Assembly: GCF_009914755.1 (NCBI RefSeq)
Contig: NC_060928.1
Length of the DNA: 64,000 nt
Reading direction: 5' to 3' (one strand)
DNA from: the human T2T-CHM13v2.0 reference genome, Homo sapiens
Shown here: piece after piece, positions 25,490 to 42,742 of the stretch
Layout: each line of letters opens with the position of its first letter
Numbering within the stretch: the first letter of the stretch is position 1
Position numbers and translations under genes: made by a program
The notes under the pieces: model-generated
Told to the model about the DNA's origin: nothing
The model's database searches: none
What the model saw: the letters and a program-made list of their open reading frames with translations, nothing else

Positions 25490-26070
25490 AATTTCAGCAT
25501 GTTATCCTCCTATCTAAACCTTCTAATTGCCCTTGGAATAAATTCTAAATCGCTGGCAGGTTCTGATGTGTTGCAGAGTCTTGCATGCTGCTCTAACTCT
25601 TCTTGTATCTCTCTTTACTGTTCACTATGATTTTCTCTGCTGTCCTTCTTTATGTACCTCAAACATGCCAAGATCTTTCCAACCTTAACAGCTTTGTCTT
25701 GGCTGTTCCTTATGCTTCAAAATACCCTACTCCCACCACCACCACATTTTCTTCACAGGTTTGGCTCTTTCTCATCCTTCAAGTCTCATTTTAAAATTCA
25801 CTTTGGATAAATCTTCACTGGCCACCCTCTCTATAATATTTTTTTCAGAGTTACTTTTTATTATATCATCATCCTTATTAACACTTCTCCTAACCTATAA
25901 TTGTCTTGCTTTTTATAAAATGTGTTTATTTTTATTTCCTCATACTAAAATATAAACTCCACAATTGCAGGAAATTTTTCTGTTTGTTCACTGCTTTTTC
26001 CTCATCACTGAAGAGTGTCTCCCATATTTGGCAGGCAAAAAATTCTTAAAAATCAAATAAAAAATGACTG
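25490..26070 (+). mobile_element. L2 fragment
   Basis: Pyrimidine-rich L2 3' region (ctttgtcttggctgttcc, ctcatccttcaagtctca, tgtttgttcactgc). Confidence 0.6.
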
Positions 26071-28383
26071 TAAACTGGCAATTAAAATAGATTTATTTCA
26101 AAACGGAAAATTAAAGCTACCTTAGTTTGAAATCGGAGCATTAAAATGTTTACTGGTTAAAGGTGGTAGATTCAAAACAGGTCATTGCTCCTGAACATTC
26201 TTTGTGACCTAGGCCTATGGAGAAATAGATATCAAGAGGGAGCCCTTGAGATCCATGCTTTAACAGGCTTCTTCAAGGTTCATACTGACAAGTGTCAGCC
26301 AAGTGGAGGAGAGGGCATTATCCCATTTTCAGATGAGTAGAAAAATAGGAATTTAGTTAAATGGTGCAGATTCTGTGAAAAACTGCTTGGCACTTCCTCA
26401 ACAAGCTAAACATAGAATTATCAGATGACTCAACAATCCCACTCCTAAGTATATGTCCAAAAGAATTAAAAACAAGGACTCAAACAGAAAGTTGCATGCC
26501 AATGTTCATTGTATCAGTGTTCACAATCGCCAAAAAGTAGAAACAAACCAAATGTTCATCAACAGATGGATGAATAACAAAATGTGGAATATACAGACAA
26601 TGGAATTATCTTTATTAGCCATAAAAGGAATGAAATTCTGATACATGCTACAACATGGGTGTACCTTTAGAACATTATGATAAGTGAAATAAGCCAGACA
26701 TAAAAGGAAAACCATTATATGATTCCACTTATATGAAATATTTAGAATAGAAAAACTAACAGAAACAGAAAGAAGATTAGATATTACCAGGAGCTGGGGA
26801 GTTTTTGCTTAATGATTATAGAGTCTCTCTTAGGAATGAAGAAGAAGCCACATGTTCCAAGCCACAGATTGGGAGAAATATTTGTGAAACACATATGTGA
26901 TAAATGACTGTTAGCCAAATACTCAAAGATTTCTTAAAACTCCGCAATAAAAAAAAATTATAAAATGAGTCTTGTCATCAAATGCTGACAAAAATGTAAA
27001 CCAACAGGAACTCTCATTTATTGAGAGTACAACCTATCAAAACTAAATCATGAAAAATAGAAAATCTAAATAGACCAGTAACAAGTAAGGAGATTGAAAC
27101 AATAATCAAATATCCCATTAATGAAAAGCCCAGGACCTGCTGGCTTCATGGGTGAGTTCTACTAAACATTTAAAGAAGAATTAATACCAATCTTTCTTAA
27201 ACTCTTCCAAAAGATTCAATTAGAGGACACATTTCCAAACTCATTCTGTGAGGCCAGCTTAAGTCTGCTAACAAAATCAGGCAAGAACATTACAAGAAAA
27301 TAAAACTATAGGCCAAACCATTAATGAACCATAGATGCAAAGATCTTCAACAAATACCAGCAAACTAAATTCAACAGCAGAGTAAAAGGACCATACACCA
27401 TGACTAAGTGAGATTTATCCCTGGTGTGCAGGAAGGTTTAACATACACAAATCATTAACTGTGAAAAAATGTATTAACAGAATAAAAAATGAAAATCATA
27501 TGATTATGTCAATAGATGCAGAAAAAGCATTTGACAAAATTCATTACCCTTTTATATAAAAACTTTCAACAAATTTGCTGTAGAAGGAATTTACTAAAGA
27601 CTATATATAAGCCCACAGATAACATCATAGAGAAAAGCTGAAAGCCCGCTTTCGCCACTTCTATTCAACATACTGATGGAAGCACTAACCAGAGCAATTA
27701 GTCAAAAAAAAAAAAAAAAAAATCCAGATGAAAAAGGAAGAATTAAAACTGTCTATTGTTTGCAGATGACATGATCTTATATATAGAAAAACCTAAAGAC
27801 TCCTTTAAAAAATGTCAGAGCTAACAAACTAATTCAGTTAAGCTATAGGATAAAAAATCACCATAAGAAAATCAGTTGTGTTTCTGTATACTGACAATTA
27901 ACTATCCAAGAAAGAAATTAAGAAAACAATTTCATTTACAATGGCATCAAAAAGAATAAAATAGGAATAAATTTAACCAAGAAGCTGGAAGATTTGTACA
28001 TTGAAAACTATAAACATTGATAAGAGAAATTGAAGTAGACATAAATAAATGAAAAGATATTCCGTGTCCACGGATTGGAAAAATTAATATTGTCAAATTA
28101 TCCACACTACTCAAGGTGATTTACAGACTCAATGTAATCCCTATCAAAATTCCAAATTTTTAACAGAAGTAGAAAAAAAAACTAAAATTCATATGAAACC
28201 ACAAAACACCACTGAATAACTAAATTGAGCAAGAAGAACAAAGCATGCGGCATCACACTTCCTGATTCCAAATTCTATTTCAAAGCTGTAATAATCAAGA
28301 CACTGTGATACTAGCATAAAAACAGACACATAGATTAATAGAACAGAATAGAGACCCCAAAAATAAACCTATGATTTTATTGT

Positions 28384-28791
28384 TGTATTTGGCTGTTCTT
28401 GCATTGTTATAAAGAAATACCTGAGACTGGGTAATTTACAAAGAAAAGAGGTTTTCTTGGCTCCCAGTTCTGCAGGCTGTACAAGGATAGTGCCGGCATC
28501 TACTTGGCTTCTGGAAAGGCCTCAGAGAGGTTTTACTTGTGGCAGAAGGTGAAGTGGGAGCAGGCACATCACATGGCAAAAGAGAAACAAGAGAGAGTGG
28601 CAGGGGGCAGAGCTACACATGATTATACAACTAGATCTCAGGAGAACTTACTCACTATTGTGAGGACAACACCAAGCCATGAGGGAATCCACTCTCACGA
28701 TCCAATCAGCTTTCACCAGGCTCCACCACCAACATTAGGGATGAAAATTCAACATCAGATTTTGGCAAGTTCAAATATTCAAACTATATCA
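28384..28791 (-). mobile_element. MSTA/MSTB MaLR solo LTR inside L1MA
   Basis: tgtatttggctgttcttgcattg...aaactatatca; TSD attgt/atcat. Confidence 0.88.
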
Positions 28792-29901
28792 ATCATCAAC
28801 TAATCTTTGATAAAGGTGTCAAAAATGCACATCAGGGATAGGATAGTCTCTTCAATAAGTGTTGCTGGGAAAACTGGATATCCACATGCAAAAAATTAAA
28901 ATTGGATCATTATTTTCTGCCATACATAAAAATCAACTCAAAATAGATTAAAGACTTGAACATAAGATCTGAAACCATCAAACTCCTACAAGAAAATACA
29001 GAGAGAAATTTTCATAACTTTGGTCTTGGAAATTATTTTTTGATATGACACCGAAAGCACAGGCAAGAAAACAAAAATTAAAAAGTGGGCTTACATCAAA
29101 CTAAAAAGTTTCTGTACAGGAAAAAAAAGAAATCTATAAAATGAATCGGCAACCTATAAAACGGGAGACAATTGTTGAAAGCATATACTTGATATGAGGT
29201 TGATATCTAAAATACATAAGGAATCAATGTAAGTCAACACCTACTAGTCATAATAATAACCTGATAAAAAACGGACAAAGGACCCGAATGGACATTTTCT
29301 AAAGAAAATATACAAAATAGCCAATACATGTGTAAAAAAAAATGCTCAACATCATTTATAATCAGGGAAATGCAAATGAAATATTACCTCACACCTGTTA
29401 AGATAGCTGCTATAAAAAATTCAAAAAATAACGAGTTGACAAGGACATAAAGAAAAGAGAAGGCATATATACTGCTGGTGGGAACGTCAATTGGTACAAA
29501 CATTATGGAAAATAATGTAGAGATTCCTCAAAATATTAAAAATAGAACTACCATATGATCCAGCAATCCCACGCCTGGGTATTTCCAAAGGAAATGAAAT
29601 CAGTAACTCAAAAAAAATAGCTGCACTCCCATGTTCATTGAAGCATTATTCACAATGGCCAGGCCATGAAAACAGCCTAAGTGCTCTTGACAGATGAATG
29701 CATAAAGAAAAAGTGACACACACACACACACACATGCATGCAGACACACAAACAGTGGAATGTTATTCTGCCTTAAAAAAGAAGGGCATCCTGCTATTTG
29801 AGAGAGCATGGATGAAACTGGAGGACACTTATTTCACTATGCAAAGTGAAATAAGCCCAGACCTGAATGATAACAAATACTGCCTGATCTCATAAATATG
29901 T

Positions 29902-30309
29902 AGGATGAGGCCATTCTTGCATTGCTATAATGAAGTACCCGATACTTGGTAATTTATTTTAAAAATAGTTTTAATTGACTCCCAGTTCTGAGGCTTTACG
30001 GGAAGCATGGTACTGGCATCTGCTTGGCTTCTGAGGAGGTCTCAGGAAGCTTACAATCATGGCAGAAAGCAAACGGTGAGCAGACACATCACATGGTCAG
30101 AGCAGGAGCAAGAAAGAGTTGGGGAAGGAGGTGCCAAACACTTTTAAACAACCAGATATTGTCAGAACTCACTATCTCACAAAGACAGCACCAAACCATG
30201 CAGGATCCACCCCCATGACCTAAATACCTCCCACCAGATCCCACCTCCAACACTGGGGATTGCAATTCAATATGAGATTTGGGTGGGGACAAACATCCAA
30301 ACTATATCA
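29902..30309 (-). mobile_element. MSTA/MSTB MaLR solo LTR inside L1MA
   Basis: ggccattcttgcattgctata...catccaaactatatca; perfect TSD tatgt at 29897-901 and 30310-14. Confidence 0.88.
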
Positions 30310-30496
30310 TATGTGGAATCTAAAAATGTCAGACTCATAGAAACAGAAAGTTGAAGGTTTGTTACCAGGGTTTGGGGGGCAGCAGTGGTAGAAATACTGT
30401 GATGTTTGTGAAAGGGTTCAAACTTTCAGTTAAAAGATTAATAATTTCTGGAGATCTACTGTACAACATTGTGACTAGGGTTAATATTAATGATGT

Positions 30497-31518
30497 GGAA
30501 GATGGCTGAATAGGAACAACTCCAGTCTACAGCTCCCAGCATGAGCAATGCAGAAGATGGGTGATTTCTGCATTTCCAACTGAGGTACTGGATTCATCTC
30601 ACTGGGGCTTATAGGACAGTGGGGGCAGGAAAGAGGATGCAGCCCACCGAGCATGAGCCGAAGCGGGGCGAGGCATCGCCTCACCCGGGAAGCACAAGGG
30701 GTCAGAGAATTCCCTTTCCTAGCCAAGTGAAATGGTGACGGACGGCACCTGGAAAATCGGATCACTCCCACCCTAATACTGCACTTTTCCAGTGGTCTTA
30801 GGAAACAGTACAACAGGAGATTATATCCTGCACCTGGCTCAGAGGGTCCCACACCCACAGAGCCTCATTCATTGCTAGCACAGCAGTCTGAGATCGATCG
30901 ATCTGCAAGGCAGCAATGAGGCTGGGGGAGGGGCGCCCATCATTGCTGAGGCTTGAGTAGGTAAACAAAGTGGCCAGGAAGCTCAAACTGGGTGGAGCCC
31001 ACCGCAGCTCAAGGAGGCCTACCTGCCTCTGTAGACTCCACCTCTGGGGACAGGGCATAGCTAAACAAAAGGCAGCAGAAACCTCTGCAGACTTAAATAT
31101 CCCTGTCAGACAGCTTTGAAGTGAGTAGTGGTTCCCCCAGCACAGAGTTTGAGATCTAAGAACGGACAGACTGCCTCCTCAAGTGGGTCCCTGAACCCCG
31201 AGTAGTCTAACTGGGAGGCACCCTCCAGTAGGGGCAGACTGACACCTCATACGGCCGGGTTCCCCTCTGAGACAAAGCTTCCAGTGGAACGATCAGGCAG
31301 CAACATTTGCTGTTCAGCAATATTTGCTGTTTTGCAGCCTCCGCTACTGATACCCAGGCAAACAGGGTCTGGGGTGCACCTCCAACAAACTCTAAAAGAC
31401 CTGCAGCTGAGGGTCCTGACTGTTAGAAGGAAAACTAACAAACAAAAAGGACATCCACACCAAAACCCCATCTGTACATCACCATCATCAAAGACCAAAG
31501 GTAGATAAAACCACAAAG
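30497..31518 (+). promoter_or_regulatory. L1 5'UTR internal sense/antisense promoter; YY1 core AAGATGGC; 129-bp ZNF93-target segment 31262-31390
   Basis: Homology to the L1PA 5'UTR; many CpGs decayed to TG/CA, so activity is unknown. Confidence 0.7.
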
Positions 31519-32535
31519 ATGGGGAAAAAACAGAGCAGAAAAGCTGAAAATTCTAAAAATCACAGCGCCTCTCCTCCTCCAAAGGAACGCAGCTCCTCAC
31601 CACCAATGGAACAAAGCTGGATGGAGAATGACTTTGAGGAGTTGAGAGAAGAAGGCTTCAGACGATCAAACTTCTCTGAGCTAAAGGAGGAAGTTGGAAC
31701 CCATCACAAAGAAGCTAAAAACCTTGAAAAAAGATTAGATGAATGGCTAACTAGAATAACCAATGTAGAGAAGTCCTTAAATGACCTGAAGGAGCTGAAA
31801 AACATGGCATGAGAACTACATGATGAATGCACAAGCTTCAGTAGCTGATTTGACCAACTGGAGGAAAGGGTATCAGTGATTGAAGATCAAATGAATGAAA
31901 TGAAGCGAGAAGAGAAGTTTAGAGAAAAAAGAGTAAAAAGAAATGAACAAAGCCTCCAAGAAATATGGGACTAAGTGAAAAGACCAAATCTACATCTGAT
32001 TGGTGTACCTGAAAGTGACAGGGAGAATGGAACCAAGTTGGAAAACACTCTGCAGGATATTATCCAGGAGAACTTCCCCAACCTAGCAAGGCAGGCCAAC
32101 ATTCAAATTCAGGAAATTCAGAGAACACCTCAAAGATACTCCTCGAGAAGAGCAACTCCAAGACACATAATTGTCAGATTCACTAAGGTTGAAATGAAGG
32201 AAAAAATATTAAGGGCAGCCAGAGAGAAAGGTCGGATTACCCACAAAGGGAAGCCCATCAGACTAACAGCGGATATCTCAGCAGAAACTCTACAAGCCAG
32301 AAGACAGTGAGGGCCAATATTCAACATTCTTAAAGGAAAGAATTTTCAACCAAGAATTTCATATCCAGCCAAACTAAGCTTCACAAGTGAAGGTGAAATA
32401 AAATCCTTTACAGAGAAGCAAATGCTGAGAGATTTTGTCACCACCAGGCCTGCCCTCAAAGAGCTCCTGAAGGAAGCACTAAACATGGAAAGGAACAACC
32501 GGTACTGGCCACTGCAAAAACATGCCAAATTGTAA
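31519..32535 (+). pseudogene. ORF1: L1 ORF1p pseudogene (338 codons, no net frameshift, internal stops)
   Basis: MGKKQSRK...; KRPNLHLIGVPE, REKG motifs; stops at 31810-12, 31846-48, 31972-74, 32308-10. Confidence 0.93.
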
Positions 32536-32598
32536 AGACCATTGATGCTAGGAAGACATTGCATCAACTAACGAACAAAATAACCAGCTAACATCATA

Positions 32599-36404
<3,806 letters not shown>

Positions 36405-36650
36405 ACAATGAGAACACTTGGACACAGGAAGGGGATCATCACACACCGGGGCCTGTCATAGGGTGGGGGGAGGGGGAAGGGATAGCATTAAGAGATATAC
36501 GTAACGTAAATGACAAGTTAATGGGTACAGCACACCAACATGGTGCATGTATACATATGTAACAAACCTGCACGTTGTGCACATGTACCCCGGAAGTTAA
36601 AGTATAATAATAATTTAAAAAAATGAAAAGCAAAAAAATAAAGAAAGAAA

Positions 36651-37001
36651 TGGCAAGGATAATACTATAGTTAGCCAGCAATTATGCATGAATTGTTATT
36701 ACAGAAATTACTTAACTGCTATGGGAAATGTCCTGACTTCAGACAAAATGAAAGCAAATCAGCAGTGTAGGACTTCTGTCAACAAAATGAAGAGAAGAAA
36801 TTTAAGCTCAGATTCTAAGCAATTTATCAAGATAGACTCTAATTTAAAATATGTCAAACTGAGCACAGAGAAGAACTTTTACAAAATACTCAAGAATTTC
36901 AGCTTATTTAAGCATAATATACTCTAGCTCTCCTCCTCTGTTAAAGATTTTTATGAAAAAAATCTTTCGATAAAAGTAATCTTTAAAAAATATATATGTA
37001 T
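36651..37001 (+). other. L1 3'-transduced segment with a second degenerate A-tail
   Basis: Non-L1 DNA between the L1 tail and the right TSD; GATAAA at 36969-74, then A6 and (TA)n at 36985-37001. Confidence 0.85.
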
Positions 37002-38239
37002 ATATTAATGATGTACTGTATACCCAAAAATTGCCAAGAGAGTAGATCTTCAGTATTCTCACCCCAAAAGGAAAAAGCAACTATGTGATGTGATAGATAT
37101 GTTAATTAACTTGATTGTGATCACTGTCTCACAATGTATATGTATATTAAAACATCACAATTTATATCTTACATATATAAAATTTTTACTTGTCATTTAT
37201 TCTTCAGTCAAGCTGGACAAAATTACAGCAAAAATACTTCTTTAGAAATAAAGGAAATTAGCTACAAAATCCCAAAAAGACACAGAAGAAGCTTGAATGC
37301 ACATTACTACCAGAAATAAGCCAATCTAAAAATGTTACATACTACATGATTACAATTACAGTGTATGACATTCTGGAAAAGGCAAAACTATGGAACCAGT
37401 AAAAAGACCAGTGGATCTCAGAGGTTTGGGGGAAAGAAGGAATAAATAAATGGAACACAGTGATTTTTAGGGAAGTGAAGCTATCCTGTGTGATACTATA
37501 ATGGTGGATACCTATTATCATATATTTGTTAAAACTCATAGAACATACAACACCAAGACTGAAAATTAATGTAAATTATGAACTTTGAGTGATAATGTGT
37601 CCATTTTGGTTTATCAATTGAACATATGTACCACTCTGGCACAGGATGTTAATGACAGTGCCTGTGTTTGTGGGGAGGACATATATGGGGACTTTTTGTA
37701 CTTCCTGTTTGACTTTGCTATGAGTCTTAAACTGTTCCACAAAGTAAAGTCCTGTTATAATTAATTACTGGTTTAAAAAACAACCACAGCTTTGGAAATA
37801 GTAGTGACATTTGCACAACATTGTGAATGAAATGAACGCCACAGAACTGTAGACTTAAAAGTGACCACAGTGGCAAATTCAGCAACATTGAGTGAGTTTG
37901 CAGCACCCAGAGCTCTGAATGTCAGCACCTTGGATAGGGGATGAGCTCCATATGCCATCTGAAGTTAATAGATATCAGACTTCAGCAAGGGAGGGTCAAA
38001 GACATAGGAGCATTAATAGGCTATTACTAAATGCATGAGAGGACCCTGTGGATGCTCAGAAATATCTGGAAAAGAAAGAGTTGCTGCTGCAATTCTGTTT
38101 ATGATTATTATTATGAATTAATTTATTCCCCATATGAGAAGGAGGCCTAGGGAAATGTGAGTTATGGAAACATGGCAGAATATATAAACTGTAGATTATC
38201 TTTCTGCCTAATTCTGAAACCTACTGTACTCAACTCCCT

Positions 38240-39350
38240 TACTTTTGTTGAGGGCCTTACCATTTTCATAGACCCTCAAATTTAAAACTTTGAAGAAAAT
38301 TGAGATTCTGCCTTTGCCTCACCCCTCTCATACCCAATCACTCTCTGAGTTTTGCAGATTCTTGCTTTTCAATGTCTCTCACATTTATTTTCTTTTAAAC
38401 AGCTTGTTTCAGGCTTTTATTACACCTGCTTTGTTTACAGCAAAAGTTTTCACCTGTTTCTAGTTCACATTCTTCCCCTTTAATCTCATCTGTGCATGCT
38501 TCTGCCAAATTTGTTTTCCTAACATGCAAGCTTGTCACTTGAGTTCAAGATAGACTTGTCATTCCTGATCACCTGCCAAAGTGCCTCACTCTGGAATTCA
38601 AGTTCCTCCACAACGGAGGCATCAGTTTGCAGAGTATTTATTAGACGTCAACACCTGATAATGAGAAAGGATTGAGCAGAGGAATCAGTCAGAAGGTAAT
38701 ACAAGCCTAACAAAACCTTGGCCATCTCATCAGGGAGCTTTCCAGAGAATATTGCCCATTAAGCCTCTCTTTAGGCTTAAATGATCTCACCTTTATAATA
38801 CTTTCAACCACCCACCTTAGAAATAGTCATGACCTGGGGCAAAGTGATTCTCCACAACTAAGGCAGTCTTTGAAGCAGCTGAGAGGTGGAGGCTGTCTTT
38901 TAACCAACTTTCCTGCACCTGGGCATGGATGCAGTAGGATGCAGGTGGAGAACCTTCTTTCTACCATGACAAACTTCCCAGCCTTCTGTCTCTCACATCT
39001 CCTTAATGCATATGCTTGGCTCACATCAGTTAGTCTCTTAACACTCCCTAAGTCTCGTGCTATGTTTGCTTACACAATTTTCTTTGATCTTATGAACCCC
39101 ATGAGCTTCCTTTGTTTCAATGACTTAACATCACTCAATGCCCATCTCAAATATTGCCTTCTATAGAGAACTTTTCTTGAAATTACTAATTGAATATAAT
39201 CTCACCTCCCCAATTTATTTGATTACACAGCTGATAGTACTGCTTTTAAGCACTGTTATTTTTATTCTCTTCCTTGAACCAACATAAATATTATGCACGT
39301 AATACGTTTAATTTACTTTTATAACTCTTAAAGAATCTGACATGGTACTG
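38240..39350 (+). mobile_element. L2 fragments, with a probable old ERVL/LTR16-like piece at ~38617-38980
   Basis: L2 sense motifs (atacccaatcactc, catctcaaatattgccttc); the LTR call is weak. Confidence 0.45.
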
Positions 39351-39355
39351 TGATT

Positions 39356-39900
39356 TGAGAGACCAAACTAGAACCGCTTTATCAACTAAGACAGATCCTA
39401 AGGTTGAGAAAACGAAGTTAGTTATGAGTTGAGGGTTCAGGCCCCACTGGCAGGGCAAATTTCTAAATTCCAGGACCCTAAGCTCCCTAACAATAGGAGC
39501 TATCAGACCTCTCCTAATTCTGATTTACAACCAGAGCACTGCAACTCTGATTGGACAGAGGACCTGCCTCACAAACATTATTTCCTGAGTTACTACGGAC
39601 ATTAAGCCAGTTTCAGACAGCTTTGAGAGGCTGCACAGATCGCCCTCATGTCCCATAGCTCACCTTTTGACATAAAGAGGCAAATTCTACCACATTTTAA
39701 TGCTAAAATGCCACCCCAAAGTGAACATGGGATATATGTTACTTATATGTTTACCCATTGTGCATGGGCTCAGCTCCCCTCAAAAATAGGTATAGCTTCT
39801 CCCCCAAATCTGCTAAATATGTATGACTCTATTGAGTAATATGGACTCTGTGAGGCATAAAACTCCGCCTGTCCTCCGCCTCATGGAAGGGAGGGCACAC
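39356..39900 (+). mobile_element. ERV1 LTR, MER67-like
   Basis: tgagagaccaaac...tttatcaactaagacagatcctaagg start; CCAAT (gattgg) and cataaaa boxes; family from recall. Confidence 0.6.
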
Positions 39901-40317
39901 CCAAATAGGTTGCCCTATTTTTTTTCTACCTTTATTTACAGACATATCCAGTTAGTTGTAGGCACAGGTGCTGATGTTGGAGATGCTAGAGTTAAGAGCT
40001 TGAGTAAGCCTAGCAGAGGAGGGAGTGAGGGGATGGAAAGATCAGAAATACATATTCCAACAGTGCTCCCAACCTTCATAGAAATGTGGACAGGAAGAGG
40101 AAAAAGAAGGGGACAGTGTGTTACTTTTAAATATGGAGAGTAATTTTCTGTTCTGGTTTATGAGCTGACTCTCCACGCAATTATGAGAGAGAAATTTTCC
40201 AGAGATTTTTTAGCATGACACCATTATTGGAAGAAGTAAATACTACTTTTAAGGACATTCATTTTGATGTGCAAAATAAGATATATTTATTTGAAAAGCA
40301 GTTCTATTACTTAACCA

Positions 40318-40488
40318 CAGTGTTTCTAAAACTAGTGATACTGGACCAATGATATCGGAATCACCTGAGAACTTGTTAGAAATGTAAATTATCAGGTCTA
40401 CCTACCCCTACACCTGCTAAATTAAAAACTGTGTATTTTAATTGGTCTTCTACAAGATTCTGAGGCTTGCTGAGGTGGAAAACAACTG
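40318..40488. mobile_element. MER5A-like hAT-Charlie MITE
   Basis: cagtgtttctaaaac...gaatcacctgagaacttgttagaaatg...aaacaactg. Confidence 0.75.
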
Positions 40489-41409
40489 CGTTAGAACCAC
40501 ATATTTTTCTGCACGATCTTCCTGAATTGTATACATTAAGCTATGTCTAATATGTTTCAGTAAAGCTGGTTTAAAATTAGAAAGTAAGATGACTCCTTGT
40601 GCTAATTCTTTTTTTTAAGTATGCAAAGCAATTCTTTTAAATGGAAAAAACATTAATTACAATCCTATAGAAACAGCTGTCTATTGCCCAGGGAGCCTTC
40701 TGCTTAGAAAAGTAAAATTTCATACTAAAACAAGTATGCTGTTTATTCAGAGATGAGTACAGGAACCATTTGCTGGTGCATTAGCTACATAAATTACATT
40801 TGTTTATAATATTAATCAATCAACCACATTAAATATTTCACCTTCTTGGTAACATTAGAGAAAACCACTTTATCAAAGTAAAAAGTTAGGTAAGGACAGG
40901 AAGGTTGGAAAATTACACATAGTACTCAAACTGATGAATTTTCTAAATATTTTTAACATGGAAAGATATATGAGTCAATATGATGCTAGGGACTCATGGG
41001 CATATTTTATGAAACTACTTAATAGGTAGAGCTTACACCTAAACCTGTGATATTATTAGATTTCATAAATTAAGTGGATGATGACTGGTCAAATACTCAA
41101 ACACGTCTCTCTTTACATTGTGACCTAGTTCATCTTTATTTTTTTCCTCTTTCATTTTTAAGACATAACCTATCATGACTGCTTTGTATGTGTAGGGAGC
41201 TATGTATTCACAGTTAAAAAATGATGCCTGTTAGATTTTCCATTAGAGTTTTAGTGTTGCTTGCAGAAATAAACCATACTCTTATTGCATTTATATATTT
41301 ATATGCTTTTCATTCAAACCTAATTTTATGATTTGATACATGTGCATCCAGTCAATCTCATTACATTGAAACAAGACAATTGGAAAGAGACACATATTGC
41401 TGAGAGATA

Positions 41410-41570
41410 ATATAAGATACCCAGAATAAAATCTGGGTATAATACTGACTCTGACACTTTTGAGTTCTATGATCTTAGTCAGTGTATTTAATGTTTCTGG
41501 TTCCAAGGTTCTCATCTTCTCATCTCTAAATGAAACTAAACATTATATAAAATTCATAGAGCTATCATGA
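41410..41570 (+). mobile_element. MIR SINE
   Basis: atctgggt...gatcttagtcagtgtatttaa...ctcatctctaaatga. Confidence 0.55.
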
Positions 41571-42419
41571 ATATGTCAGCAGGCTAATTGTTCTTCATAT
41601 GGCCCATCTCAGCGACATCCCTCTCTCCATATACAAGGCAGTCACTAAATGCTTGAAGGGGGCAAGTTTCTTTTGGAATCAGTGAAGGAAATGGACTTTT
41701 TATATACGTACTCTATAGGCAAAGGACAGACAGAACTAAGCAGTATAGGAACAGAGGGAAGCATGAGGATGTCAAATGTAGGAAGTCCCAGAAACTGTTG
41801 GAAAGGCATGTCTCTGGTAACAGGCCATGTATATTGAAAACAAGTTTAAGCAAATTTCTGAAGGGACTGGGAAGTACCAGCTGCCATCTTGGCTATGTGT
41901 AACGAATAAATTGCAGTCTCTTTCCTTCTGAGTATTAATATGAAATTCTAGTTCTCCTACTCCACTGCTGTAGCCAAGGTTAAGAACCACAGAGACAGAG
42001 TTATAGAGCGCTTTCTTATCTAGGCTCCAAATTTGTACTATGGCTTGCGACAAGGCTGAGTTGTCAGGAGTATGCCAAAGGCTTCAGCTGTGGAAAGGCT
42101 GTAAGGCTGTTCAGGAAGAAGAGCTAGACTTTCCCTTTCCATGTCATGGAGACATTGTCCCACGTTGAATATAATGACCCTAGTTCAGGATTCAACCAGC
42201 TCTAATAGATCTCTCTTTCCAATAACGAAGTGCTTCCTGGATTCAGATTCAGAAACTCAGCACAGCTATATCTGGCACCTATCATGTCAAAAAATAAATG
42301 AGCACAGATGAATACAGGAAGGTTCAGTCAGAAGAATGGAGGAAAAAGACAGCAAAAGTACTTTCTAAATTTTTTTCTAAGCAGTAATCACTTTTACTTT
42401 GGGGAACACCACCAACAGG

Positions 42420-42742
42420 CTAGTATTTTTTAAAGGATATATTTTCCTACAGAAAAGTATTGGACTTTTCCAGGTTAGAAACATCTGAGAACACATTTCT
42501 CAGCTTATGACTTCTATACTTTTAAACATAAACATAAATACATTAACATCTATATATTTAAATATAGAGAGGTAGATACACACCTAGTTTTCTTAAAGGA
42601 TATATTTTCCTAAAGAAATTTATCGGACTTTTCCAGGTTAGGAATATCTGAGAACACATTTCTCAGCTTATGACTTCTATATTTTTAAATAGAAACATAA
42701 ATACATAAACATCTATATTTAAATATAGAGAGGTAGATACAC
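42420..42742. repeat. Tandem duplication, ~164-bp unit x2
   Basis: 42420-42583 vs 42584-42742, roughly 90% identical. Confidence 0.93.

Noticed and set aside
36688-36927. 79-aa ORF in the transduced segment as a shuffled exon
   Set aside because: No homology recognised and no clear splice signals; the length is expected by chance.
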